Virus record (IMG/VR): IMGVR_UViG_3300029716_000017
Span: 1-58,448 of that record
DNA from: a virus
Length of the DNA: 58,448 bases
Direction: 5' to 3' (one strand)
Part shown: positions 35,796-44,981 of the stretch, piece after piece
Numbering within the stretch: the first letter of the stretch is position 1
Layout: every line of letters starts with the position of its first letter
Translations under genes and position numbers: made by a program
Notes under the pieces: generated by a model
Seen by the model: the letters and a program-made list of their open reading frames with translations, nothing else
What the model was told of the DNA's origin: nothing
Databases searched by the model: none

Positions 35796-37472
35796 TTAAT
35801 CGGCCGACAAGAAATTCCAGTACGCCCTGCCAAGCTCGAACCAGCAATACAAGGAACAAAAGCCCGCACGCGCGCCATCCCAGAGATAACCGCCCTGATA
35901 ATATTCTCTAGTTCCACTAGCGTTAGCACCACCGGCATAAAGAATATCCTTATTGCCTAGACCACTATTAGCCACTTGATTTGTAGGCAGCCATGCTCCA
36001 TAATTCTGCTCTACATCGCCTGTCCAATAATCTGAACCTTTGCCGTCTGTGCTTGCCGCAATATTTCCAACAAGCAAGTAGCTTGATTTTATAGTGCTTT
36101 CATCTGTAACATGCTTTATTCCCCTAGGAGCAACATACACATCCTTAGAATAATCAGATTTAAACACCATTACGGTGTCAGATGCTATTGTTCCACCACC
36201 AACCATATACTCAACACCCTGTATCCTGCAAGGATGTTTTCCGTCTGAATTGCTAGCAGGAGAACCATCATGGTGTCCAATTACGGTATCAGTATCACCA
36301 CTATGTGCGTGCATTGACGTCATGTATATCTGTCTTTCGCCAACCGGTAGAGTATCAAATGGTTGGCAGTCAAGATATACCGCCTTATTGCTATCATCAA
36401 GTGTTTCTATTGCTGTGATTTTTACATCATCAGCATAAGCATGAACACTTGATACACCTCTATCAAGTGAGCCAGAAGTATCAGCATATCCGACAGATGC
36501 GTATAATCCTACTTGCAAATTACCAGCCTGTGCATTTGTAACTGGGAAATAATTATGCTTATCTGCTGATTGCACGCTTGCTGGATATTGTATATTCCAA
36601 CTTGTTACACCCGCCATGCTATCTTGACTTGACTTGTTTGCATACTTGATAAGGTTAAATATCTGTGCAAATGTATATCTGTCTGAGCCAGCTCCGGTAT
36701 AGCCGGTGCCTTTCTTGCCATAGTTGGTTATCATGTTTTGATAACTTTGATTTCTTGTGACTTTGCCTCGCTGAGAATGCAGTAACCCATCTGAGCCTGT
36801 AACACTTAAATATCTTGACTGAATGAAATAAGGCATTATCGTGCCATCTGCACGTACCGCTTGTTCCCATGGTTTAAGTCCAAGTTCTTCGTGCGGTGTG
36901 TCGGATATAACAAGCTCTCTGTACTCGTCTGACACGTCAAGCCAAGCGTAGTAAAATGTCATTTGCATGGCGCCCATGTCTGCATCGCCATCTGTTTTGT
37001 AGGTGCTGTCGCCCACAAATGCCGTAGGGTATGCAAAGCCATCATCGTATCGCTTATAATTGACTTCATACCATTTGAATAATGGTATGTTTTCGTAATC
37101 ATCTTGATTTTCTACTGTGTCCGTAGACGGTACGCAAACAAGACTTTTATTATCCCTTGTTTTTTCACACAAAGATGTAGGATTTGATGCTGACTTCGGA
37201 ACTTTAACTCCATATATTTTGCCTGTTCTTTGCAAAGAAAAGAACTTGTCAAGTAATATGTCATTAAGATTATCCACAGTGTCCTTAATTGCATTTATAG
37301 CATCACCAGTTGCTTTTGCATCTGCCGGTGTATCTTCAATAGTCAAGGTCTTGTCCGTAGGCACTGGATTATCCTTAAAATACTGCTCTACGATCTGCCT
37401 TATCTGGTCATCGGTAATACCACCCTTTTTAATTTTCTTATTGAGTAATGCGTATACTTCATCTGCATTCAT
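35796..37472 (-). CDS. Fibre-like structural protein located in the head module
   Basis: 558 aa. The N-terminal DKTLTIEDTPADAKATGDAINAIK motif is of the kind seen in phage fibre proteins, and the rest is beta-rich. Confidence 0.45.
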   Translation of the reverse strand: MNADEVYALLNKKIKKGGITDDQIRQIVEQYFKDNPVPTDKTLTIEDTPADAKATGDAINAIKDTVDNLNDILLDKFFSLQRTGKIYGVKVPKSASNPTSLCEKTRDNKSLVCVPSTDTVENQDDYENIPLFKWYEVNYKRYDDGFAYPTAFVGDSTYKTDGDADMGAMQMTFYYAWLDVSDEYRELVISDTPHEELGLKPWEQAVRADGTIMPYFIQSRYLSVTGSDGLLHSQRGKVTRNQSYQNMITNYGKKGTGYTGAGSDRYTFAQIFNLIKYANKSSQDSMAGVTSWNIQYPASVQSADKHNYFPVTNAQAGNLQVGLYASVGYADTSGSLDRGVSSVHAYADDVKITAIETLDDSNKAVYLDCQPFDTLPVGERQIYMTSMHAHSGDTDTVIGHHDGSPASNSDGKHPCRIQGVEYMVGGGTIASDTVMVFKSDYSKDVYVAPRGIKHVTDESTIKSSYLLVGNIAASTDGKGSDYWTGDVEQNYGAWLPTNQVANSGLGNKDILYAGGANASGTREYYQGGYLWDGARAGFCSLYCWFELGRAYWNFLSAD

Positions 37473-37484
37473 CTGCGCACCTCT

Positions 37485-37721
37485 CTATTCCTGTTTTATC
37501 CAACTCTCGCCGTCAAACTTATATAAGTCTGTCGTGTCTATCATGTAGCACGAGCTACCAAGTGACACATATGTTGGTAGCTTATCTATATCCTTAGACA
37601 AAGCGTTATATTCTCTGTAATTTCCTTTAGACTCTAATGCGGTAATGCTACCCATATCAGGTACATCATCGCCCGGTTCATACACTTGTCCGTCTTGGAC
37701 TACTGTATATCTAGTCACCAT
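37485..37721 (-). CDS. Hypothetical protein
   Basis: The start is trimmed to MVTRYTVV, preceded by GGAGGT. Confidence 0.4.
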   Translation of the reverse strand: MVTRYTVVQDGQVYEPGDDVPDMGSITALESKGNYREYNALSKDIDKLPTYVSLGSSCYMIDTTDLYKFDGESWIKQE

Positions 37722-39144
37722 TGTTATTACCTCCGTTGCCAAGATTATCTACTATTTCTTGTGCTTTTTGTTCCTGTTGCTCTACGTTATCTATAGTTAG
37801 ATATATCTTATCCAAGTATTTTTTAGACAGTAAGAATGTCTTTTCTGCGTCTCCCCACAATCCAACAGTTTTGATTGCGACAAGCGGATGTATTCCAGCC
37901 TGCAGTAGAACAACCAGAGTCTGAGCTTTGGTGTACATATTATCTTGTGGGCTATGGTTTATCTGCACTGAAAAATCTCTAACCGTCAGTTTTAAATCTT
38001 CTGCATACAGCCTAATTGCATTAAGTGCAAGTTTAGCAAGCCGTTTTTCCGATGTTGCAACAAGAGGGTCTTTTAACTTTGTCCGTGTCTTGCTAAAATC
38101 CCAGCCGTTTCTTAACTCGACAGCTCCTTGCGTATCTCCACCTGTGTTGCCTTGCTTAGTTGGAATTGCAAGGATGGTCTGTACGTTATCCCACAAATCG
38201 TCTTTGGCAACCTGAGTCTGAGATTGATTAAGCTCTTGCGACATAACATCTACATCAGCGTTGTTGACACTGTTAGTTGATTTTACGACTAAGGCACCCA
38301 TTTCTTTCATGGCTTTAAATTTGTCCTTGTCAACATCACAATTAACAAACTTAATCCAAGACTGCACAAACTGTTCTATGCTATCCATTCTGTTGGATTG
38401 CATATTGTTGATTGCATCAAGCATATCTATTACAAGCTCAATATCACTTATTCTTTCGTGGTTATTAGGGTACTCAACAATCGGTATATCTCCGTAAGCG
38501 TGTAATTTCCAGTCTGTGACCGTGCTGTTATATATCTTGCACTCATGCGTGACTGTGTAACACTGCTTATACCACTTGCCATCACTATCTTTAAGTTCCG
38601 TGACGGCAACCATCGGTTCTTCTGTGTTACTGTTGTATATGATAAAGGTATTGAGTGGGCAAGGTGTAACAATCCTAAACGGCACATCACCGTTTGGATT
38701 AAATTGGATAGCTTTAAATGCTGTACCAGTGGCAGATTGCCATTCGCCAGCCTTTATGTCCTTGTCTTGCTTACAGGCGTCTACCATGTAGTCATTCAGA
38801 TCATCAACTGCATTATTGATCGCGTCATCATCTTTACGGCTGATATACTGTACTGGTTCCCCGTATGTCTGTCCGACCTTGAACTGCACAATTTCATATG
38901 CATGATTTTCTACGATGTAATTGATTACATCATCACGAATTACTTTAGTTCTGTACCTTATTGGTTGGTCGCCTTTGTAATAATTCCATAAATACTTTAT
39001 AATTGGCTTATTCCAGTTAAATACTCCTATGCACTCACCGACTACATTCACAATATTATCCGGTGTAATGGTGTCTACATTGGTATATGCTATTTTTCTA
39101 CCGTAGTGGCCTCTTACAAGGTCTTGCAAATGTAATCTGTTCAT
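37711..39144 (-). CDS. Portal protein (SPP1 gp6-like)
   Basis: 477 aa, by position and size, preceded by GGAG. Confidence 0.75.
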   Translation of the reverse strand: MNRLHLQDLVRGHYGRKIAYTNVDTITPDNIVNVVGECIGVFNWNKPIIKYLWNYYKGDQPIRYRTKVIRDDVINYIVENHAYEIVQFKVGQTYGEPVQYISRKDDDAINNAVDDLNDYMVDACKQDKDIKAGEWQSATGTAFKAIQFNPNGDVPFRIVTPCPLNTFIIYNSNTEEPMVAVTELKDSDGKWYKQCYTVTHECKIYNSTVTDWKLHAYGDIPIVEYPNNHERISDIELVIDMLDAINNMQSNRMDSIEQFVQSWIKFVNCDVDKDKFKAMKEMGALVVKSTNSVNNADVDVMSQELNQSQTQVAKDDLWDNVQTILAIPTKQGNTGGDTQGAVELRNGWDFSKTRTKLKDPLVATSEKRLAKLALNAIRLYAEDLKLTVRDFSVQINHSPQDNMYTKAQTLVVLLQAGIHPLVAIKTVGLWGDAEKTFLLSKKYLDKIYLTIDNVEQQEQKAQEIVDNLGNGGNNNGD

Positions 39145-39152
39145 GTTAACTC

Positions 39153-40073
39153 CTACTTCATGAGTTCATTTACTCTCTTTTGAATCTTATCAGGATCATA
39201 GCCTGCCGCCTTAAGCCTATCGATACGTTCCTGTCCGTTGCCCCAGCGACCAGCAATGACCTCATGTGCAACCGCATTGATGATCTTATCCTGTGTCATC
39301 TGTGATGCCTTAACGAGCTTGTTTACTGCAGCCTGTACCTTGTTGTAGTCATAACCAGCCTTGGTGAGCCTTGCCTTGCGATCAGCACCATTGCCCCACT
39401 TGCCGGCAAGCACTTCCCTTGCGATCGTATTAACACTCTTCTTTACCGGCTTAATAGTGGCAATCTTCACAGCCTTAGTAGCCAGCTTGCGCCATGATGC
39501 TGCACTTATGTATGCTTTGTTGAGGTCAAGGCTGCCGTTATAGCCAGAGAGTTTGCCAACTGATGTGTACTGTCTGAGTAAACAGTTATAAGCTCCCTCG
39601 TTCCACGGATGCTCCTGATAACCAGTCTCAACATAGTCTGGGTACTGAGCCACCCACAGGCCATATCCAGCCTTTTTTACGGCGTTCATAGCACTCTTCT
39701 GGATGTATATCAGTGGCTTAATACCTGTCTTTTTCTGCACATAACTGCACCACTGCAAGCACCACTCCAGATCCTTGACACCAAATAGATGGTTGTTTTT
39801 TGCTTCCCAATCAAGTACGAGGATTGCTTTGCCGATGTACTTCTTTGCATATGCAAGGAAGTAGTCAGCCTCTTTCTGGGGATTTCCGCCGTTGGCATAG
39901 TGATATGCCCCCAGCAGCTTCTTTCTACTCAGGACCTTATCACAATGCGCTGTAAAGTATCTGTTCTTATAGCTTGTTCCCTCAGTTGCTTTGACAATAC
40001 AAAAATCAAAAGGAACTTTGCTTAAATCTATATTTTCGTCGCCTTGCCAGGCACTAATATCTATTCCGTTCAT
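39153..40073 (-). CDS. Endolysin: GH25 muramidase with two Cpl-7-like cell-wall-binding repeats
   Basis: GIDISAWQG...CIVKATEG..Y...F is the GH25 N-terminus. Tandem C-terminal repeats IAREVLAGKWGNGADRKARLTKAGYDYNKVQAAVNKL and VAHEVIAGRWGNGQERIDRLKAAGYDPDKIQKRVNEL. Confidence 0.85.
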   Translation of the reverse strand: MNGIDISAWQGDENIDLSKVPFDFCIVKATEGTSYKNRYFTAHCDKVLSRKKLLGAYHYANGGNPQKEADYFLAYAKKYIGKAILVLDWEAKNNHLFGVKDLEWCLQWCSYVQKKTGIKPLIYIQKSAMNAVKKAGYGLWVAQYPDYVETGYQEHPWNEGAYNCLLRQYTSVGKLSGYNGSLDLNKAYISAASWRKLATKAVKIATIKPVKKSVNTIAREVLAGKWGNGADRKARLTKAGYDYNKVQAAVNKLVKASQMTQDKIINAVAHEVIAGRWGNGQERIDRLKAAGYDPDKIQKRVNELMK

Positions 40074-40095
40074 TGTTTGTACCTCCTTTTACATT

Positions 40096-40123
40096 AAAAA
40101 AGCACCAGTAAAGCTACTGGTGC
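40096..40123 (-). terminator. Rho-independent terminator immediately upstream of the endolysin gene
   Basis: On the minus strand: GCACCAGTA GCTT TACTGGTGC followed by TTTTTT. Confidence 0.65.
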
Positions 40124-40240
40124 CTCTAAAGGGTTTATGAGGTTTGAAAAAGTATGAGAAAAAACAAAGTGTTTATCAATCAACTTGTTCATGATATATT
40201 ATATAATATGTTTTATGGGACATTCTAGGACATTTAAGGA

Positions 40241-40663
40241 CTACTTATATGTGTTTCCCCATTTTTGTTCAAATTCTTGTAATGCTTTACCATGTCTTCG
40301 TATAATCTGTTTGTAACAATAATTCATCTCTATTGCCATTTTTTCAAAAGTCTTTTGCTCAACGTATCTCGAAAATAAAATCTGATAAGTCATTTCATCC
40401 GACATGCCATCTATCTGGGATATAATTATTCGCTTGTTGTCAATGTATCTATCAACAAGCGTATCTATTTCATTTTCCATCTGCTCAATCTTAGACACAA
40501 TCTTGTCCATTGTGTCATAGCTAGGTGATGACTGCACTCTTTCATCATTTTTGACTGCTGATACGCTACAAGCCATAGATCTGTACTGTGCAAGCTCCAC
40601 TAGCTTATTATTGATAAGTCGGTCATATCTGCCTATTTGTTGCAAGTATTCCTTTGTTTCCAC
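40241..40663 (-). CDS. DUF1492-like / sigma region-4-like phage regulator
   Basis: The C-terminal MTYQILFSRYVEQKTFEKMAIEMNYCYKQIIRRHGKALQEF resembles a sigma-70 region 4 HTH. Confidence 0.45.
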   Translation of the reverse strand: METKEYLQQIGRYDRLINNKLVELAQYRSMACSVSAVKNDERVQSSPSYDTMDKIVSKIEQMENEIDTLVDRYIDNKRIIISQIDGMSDEMTYQILFSRYVEQKTFEKMAIEMNYCYKQIIRRHGKALQEFEQKWGNTYK

Positions 40664-40666
40664 TAA

Positions 40667-42439
40667 TCAATACCTCCTAAATGGATTTAATGTTGCCTCT
40701 GCTACTGCTGTATTTTCTGGATTTTCGATAAACATTTCCAACTGAGTGATTCCGTCTGCTGCATCATCATGCTCATTGCCACCAATGCTAACAAACATTG
40801 TCAGCTCATCCATAGCAGCTTGATATTCGTCATCTCTGTAATACCTCTTTATTCCAAGTTCTGCATCTTTTTGCATCTGCTCTTGGGTTCTTCTATGTGT
40901 GTCCAAAAATATAAATTTACGTTTTACATCGCCAGAATAGGCTATTATCTTTGCTAACTTTTCAACTTTGTTTGGTGCTTTGCGACTTGAACATGAGCAT
41001 TTATAACCCTGTTCTTGTAGTTTTTCATCTACATATTGGCAGTAAAGATCGCCACCAACATTACCCTCAAATCTAGTTTGCCTTATTCCATTTTCAATAA
41101 TTCGACCTACAACAAGTGGCACTGTAACCTCTTTTGTACCCTTATTAAACACCCAACCTATGATATACACATCACCGTTGTCATATTCAACACCAATAGG
41201 CATTGATAAGCTATCGCCTCCACCCCAGGCTATATCTGTAACACCGATGTACCTACAATCTCCGTCTGGTAAAACTCCGTTAAAATATCTAAGATTATCT
41301 GTTGGGAATAGCAATCCCTCACGGACGTAAGGCTTTTGCATGAACTTAGCCATCCATTCAGCGTTTTCCAATTTGTCTCGCATATCCCTATAGTATTCCG
41401 TGGAAAATCCGTTTATTTCATAGTTGAAATTACTTTCGTCGTTCTCATTAAGTGCCGGTATTTGCCTGAATCTATATTGAGGGTCTTTTTCATATTGTTT
41501 TCTGAGACGTTCCAGTGGGTCTAGGACATTCCAAAGAGTACCAACCATCAATTCTCTTGCACCGTCGTTTTTACGGTCTACCATTTTGTTAAGGTATTCC
41601 TGATAAGTATTCTCCATACGTGTAGGCGACAGAGAATGTTCACGATCACGCACAAGGTCATCGACATACAGATATCCGTCCGCTGATACATCAACGGCAC
41701 CTGTCCATGTGCCATCAATACCCCTACAAGTAATTGTTGCAAATCTGTCCGGATCGCCAAGCGTAATCGTAAATTCGTCCGCACTTTTATCCGTAACAAC
41801 TGATTTGTATTTTGGGTGATAATAACCAAACAATTCTCCAAATGTGTACTCAGGCGTTGATACAAGATTCATAAGTTCTTTGTAAAATCCCTTAGCAAGT
41901 ATTCCTGAATGTCCACCCATTGCTGAATGGCTATTTGGTCTGCGTAGCATAATCCACGCAAGGAAAAAAATACAAATCGTACTCTTTCCAACACGGGACG
42001 GCATAGACAAGCCATAGAACTTGATTTTGCGTTGCTCCAAATCTTCCAAATCTTGCGCAACAACATTTAAGGTTTTTCTCCTAGGCTGGTAAAATCTCTT
42101 CTGCCAAGCTCTATTCTTCTCCATGTAAAAAATAAAACTTTCAAATTTATCATAAGATTCAAGTTTCAGAATTTGATAATATTGATTGACAAGCTCTATC
42201 TCTGTATTGTTTGCCTGGGCGAATTTCTCTATTTCCCAGATGTCCATGCCGAATTGTTTCAAACAAAATTGATTTACGATTGTCTTCGATCTTGCCGTGC
42301 ATTCAAGCATTGTAGTGATATCACCATCATTTTGGGCTAGTTGGCAAGTATCAAGATAGGCATTGATGATTGTTTCGTCTATGCCCCGAATATCTATGTA
42401 CTTTTCACAATCCTTAATCAAATTCTGTAATTCAGACAT
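40667..42439 (-). CDS. terL: Terminase large subunit
   Basis: About 590 aa with Walker A-like PSRVGKST and nuclease-half patterns. The start MSELQNL is preceded by GAGGTG. Confidence 0.8.
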   Translation of the reverse strand: MSELQNLIKDCEKYIDIRGIDETIINAYLDTCQLAQNDGDITTMLECTARSKTIVNQFCLKQFGMDIWEIEKFAQANNTEIELVNQYYQILKLESYDKFESFIFYMEKNRAWQKRFYQPRRKTLNVVAQDLEDLEQRKIKFYGLSMPSRVGKSTICIFFLAWIMLRRPNSHSAMGGHSGILAKGFYKELMNLVSTPEYTFGELFGYYHPKYKSVVTDKSADEFTITLGDPDRFATITCRGIDGTWTGAVDVSADGYLYVDDLVRDREHSLSPTRMENTYQEYLNKMVDRKNDGARELMVGTLWNVLDPLERLRKQYEKDPQYRFRQIPALNENDESNFNYEINGFSTEYYRDMRDKLENAEWMAKFMQKPYVREGLLFPTDNLRYFNGVLPDGDCRYIGVTDIAWGGGDSLSMPIGVEYDNGDVYIIGWVFNKGTKEVTVPLVVGRIIENGIRQTRFEGNVGGDLYCQYVDEKLQEQGYKCSCSSRKAPNKVEKLAKIIAYSGDVKRKFIFLDTHRRTQEQMQKDAELGIKRYYRDDEYQAAMDELTMFVSIGGNEHDDAADGITQLEMFIENPENTAVAEATLNPFRRY

Positions 42440-42536
42440 AAAAAATAGCACCTCGCTAAAAAGCAGAGGTGCTATGGCCTCTGCCTATAATTTTTCTAGG
42501 GTAGCGGCTACAATCAATCTGTAGCCGGTAATATAT

Positions 42537-42908
42537 TTATTTGCCAATTCCTACAGTTCCTAAGTATTCAACACTGTCTTTTGAAGTATAGACGATGATT
42601 TTATCGTTGCGAACCATATTGGGTTTTTCTGTAACTTCGATTTTGTTCTCATCTTCTGTAAAAATAAATTCAACACTTCCATTGTAGGTTATCAGTTGTC
42701 TGTTTATACAAACTGTAATTATCTCATAGTTGTAAGCAGGGGCGCGTGAAACTGTACTTTGGTATCTAGCGTAAATTCCACTTTGTATCTCTTCTATTTC
42801 GCATTCGTATTTTTCGGTTTTATTAACCCAATTTAAAAATAATATCAGTGCAACAATGCTAATAACAATAACAATAGTGGGAATAATGATTTTAAAAAAT
42901 TTTTTCAT
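42537..42908 (-). CDS. Membrane-anchored hypothetical protein
   Basis: N-terminal TM helix (IIIPTIVIVISIVALILFL). Confidence 0.4.
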   Translation of the reverse strand: MKKFFKIIIPTIVIVISIVALILFLNWVNKTEKYECEIEEIQSGIYARYQSTVSRAPAYNYEIITVCINRQLITYNGSVEFIFTEDENKIEVTEKPNMVRNDKIIVYTSKDSVEYLGTVGIGK

Positions 42909-42937
42909 AAAAATTCCTTTCCACTGATAATCAATAA

Positions 42938-43129
42938 CTAAACATTTACTAATTCATCTGCATACCTTGTCATTTCAATTTGAGTTCCATTATCATCTTT
43001 TGTGCAAACAGTCACATATCTACTGAAGATGCTTTTAATATCTCCTATGCGGATTTCTGTTTCATCATCTTTAAATTTGTAACACTCACGCATTTTCTCA
43101 ATACAGTTATTCATCTCTGATATTTTCAT
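42938..43129 (-). CDS. Hypothetical protein
   Basis: 63-aa ORF. Confidence 0.35.
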   Translation of the reverse strand: MKISEMNNCIEKMRECYKFKDDETEIRIGDIKSIFSRYVTVCTKDDNGTQIEMTRYADELVNV

Positions 43130-43139
43130 AATATCACTC

Positions 43140-43604
43140 CTAACAATTTATCTTTATTCCCTCTGTCAATATGGCGGTTTTATCCTCATTCAGAATTGTG
43201 TTTCCGTTTTCATCCGTTTTATGCCATCGTGCATTAACTTTAATCATTGGACTTTGGTTTGCATGACCAATAAAATGTAACTCCATGTCCGTGCAATTTA
43301 CTTTTTTGCCGTCAATAAACACTTGTGCAGTTTCGCCATTGGATTTTATCATAATTTTTTCTTCTGCCGTCTCAAATGGTTCACATTTATACATAGATTT
43401 CCAACTATCTTCATACCACCTATCCATTTGAGCAATAACACTTTTTGCATAATATGTAGGTTTGCTCATCGTCTTTGTACGGTTGCATAAAACTTCTTGA
43501 TAGTTCTCAATTATAAATCGACAAACATTGCCATCGTATTCATAATCTCTGTAAAATTGATAAAATGTTTTTAAATTTTTAACAAAATCAATTAGTGTTT
43601 TCAT
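43140..43604 (-). CDS. Hypothetical protein
   Basis: 154-aa ORF. Confidence 0.4.
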   Translation of the reverse strand: MKTLIDFVKNLKTFYQFYRDYEYDGNVCRFIIENYQEVLCNRTKTMSKPTYYAKSVIAQMDRWYEDSWKSMYKCEPFETAEEKIMIKSNGETAQVFIDGKKVNCTDMELHFIGHANQSPMIKVNARWHKTDENGNTILNEDKTAILTEGIKINC

Positions 43605-43836
43605 TTCTCATAAACCTCTTAAAATCTTTCCTACACTTAGGGCACAAATCATATTTGTGTTCGTTTCTCCATATAGCCATTGGGAGTGTTTGTTTTGCTA
43701 AATCTTCTGTCGTGTATATAGTTTTCTTGTGTAAAGGTTCTAATTCTTCTGTTTTGAAATGAGCGTATTTCTCATTGTAAAATGTCATTTCTTTTCCGCA
43801 CCTGTCGCAAGTGTACCATTCTCTTTCATGTTTCAT
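43588..43836 (-). CDS. Zinc-ribbon hypothetical protein
   Basis: The start is trimmed to MKHEREWYTCDRCGK...CPKCRK, preceded by GGGAGAG. Confidence 0.4.
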   Translation of the reverse strand: MKHEREWYTCDRCGKEMTFYNEKYAHFKTEELEPLHKKTIYTTEDLAKQTLPMAIWRNEHKYDLCPKCRKDFKRFMRNENTN

Positions 43837-44032
43837 TGAATCTCTCCCATGATTGTGGCAAATACTCCACAGTTCCATCATTTTCCGACTTTTGCCATCC
43901 ACTATCGCTACTGTAGTTATCACGGCAAATAGCACCTGTGCGTGATACCACAATATAATTGCCACCTTTTTCAGGATTGCCACGTCTAAAGTGCTCTTCT
44001 GTGTATTCTTGTTTACGATTGTCCACCGTCAT
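43826..44032 (-). CDS. Hypothetical protein
   Basis: The hydrophilic frame starting MTVDNRKQEYTEEHF is preferred over the overlapping hydrophobic frame. Confidence 0.35.
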   Translation of the reverse strand: MTVDNRKQEYTEEHFRRGNPEKGGNYIVVSRTGAICRDNYSSDSGWQKSENDGTVEYLPQSWERFNET

Positions 44033-44255
44033 TATTATTCTCATTCCAATACACCTTAAACCCATGCTTTTTATATTCTGCAACTGCATTTTTAAGACTG
44101 CCTATATCTTCATATTTCTCGTTTAGCATAATTGCTTTGTCATCCTTAACTACGGCATATATGCCAAATTTAACAGCCTTTGACGCTATTTTGAGAACTC
44201 CTCTGAAACCTTTTCTATTCATCGTGTATACGCTAGCATCAATATTAACTATCAT
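44013..44255 (-). CDS. Hypothetical protein
   Basis: The start is trimmed to MIVNIDAS, preceded by GGTGGAGG. Confidence 0.4.
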   Translation of the reverse strand: MIVNIDASVYTMNRKGFRGVLKIASKAVKFGIYAVVKDDKAIMLNEKYEDIGSLKNAVAEYKKHGFKVYWNENNNDGGQS

Positions 44256-44437
44256 TCCTCCACCAACTTTCTGCCACAGATAGGGCAATAATTTATGTCA
44301 AACTGCCCCGACCCATATTCGTTTCCACTATTGTCGTAGGACAGATGTCAGTTATGTGTATCGCCAACTATCATTGCATTTCCGTATGTATAACCATTTT
44401 CTATCTTTTGACGTTTGCCATTGCAAAATCTACACAC
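44252..44437 (-). pseudogene. Small zinc-ribbon ORF interrupted by an in-frame TGA
   Basis: The GTG start has GAGGAG 8 nt upstream. The ORF reads (M)CRFCNGKRQKIENGYTYGNAMIVGDTHN-TGA-HLSYDNSGNEYGSGQFDINYCPICGRKLVEE. The two CxxC pairs lie on opposite sides of the stop at 44348..44350. Confidence 0.45.
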
Positions 44438-44439
44438 TT

Positions 44440-44640
44440 TTACTTCTCCTCATCTTCAAAAACAAACAACGTGTCCGGAAATGGTTCTCCGCTAAATAGC
44501 ATATTGAGGTATTTCAAAAAGGTCGGAGTACTCATTCCGGCTATTCGTGCAGCTTTAGCCTGTGTAACTCTACCAGCCATATATTCTGCTACTGCCTCCG
44601 AAAACTTATCCGGATCACATCTATGTGTGCCTTTAGCCAT
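44440..44640 (-). CDS. Small HTH protein
   Basis: The start is trimmed to MAKGTHRC, preceded by GAGGTG. VTQAKAARIAGMSTPTFLKYL is HTH-like. Confidence 0.5.
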   Translation of the reverse strand: MAKGTHRCDPDKFSEAVAEYMAGRVTQAKAARIAGMSTPTFLKYLNMLFSGEPFPDTLFVFEDEEK

Positions 44641-44669
44641 ATTTTCACCTCGTAATAACATTTAACAAA

Positions 44670-44743
44670 TGGCAGAGATGGGATTTGAACCCATGACCTC
44701 TAGCTTATGAGGCTAGCGAGCTGCCAGACTGCTCTACTCCGCG
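44670..44743 (-). tRNA. tRNA-Met (anticodon CAT), initiator-like acceptor and D-stem features
   Basis: Hand-folded: CGCGGAG TA GAGC AGTCTGGC AGCTC G CTAGC CTCATAA GCTAG AGGTC ATGGG TTCAAAT CCCAT CTCTGCC A. No CCA is encoded. Confidence 0.85.
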
Positions 44744-44981
44744 TCATTATACATACGGCATACTATATAGCCGCATGCCGGGGCTTGTGATTATTTACTC
44801 TGGGAGGAGTATTCGACCGCCTATACGGCTACAGTTGGCATTCTGTAGGCTGATTTTCGCAAAACACTCACCGGATCTGGTGACGGTCCTTTATTCAGCA
44901 TTCCGCTAGTGAGTGAAAGGAGCACAAATGAAACAAACATTTGTCCGGTCAAGGTAAAAGAATTTGAAAACCTTAACCGCA

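Noticed and set aside
44348-44350. Genome-wide TGA reassignment (code 4 or 25) as an explanation for the in-frame TGA.
   Set aside because: Many well-supported genes in this window terminate at TGA at sensible positions (for example MazG, the Cys-rich gene at 30..242 and the methyltransferase N-terminal part). Long ORFs are intact under the standard code.
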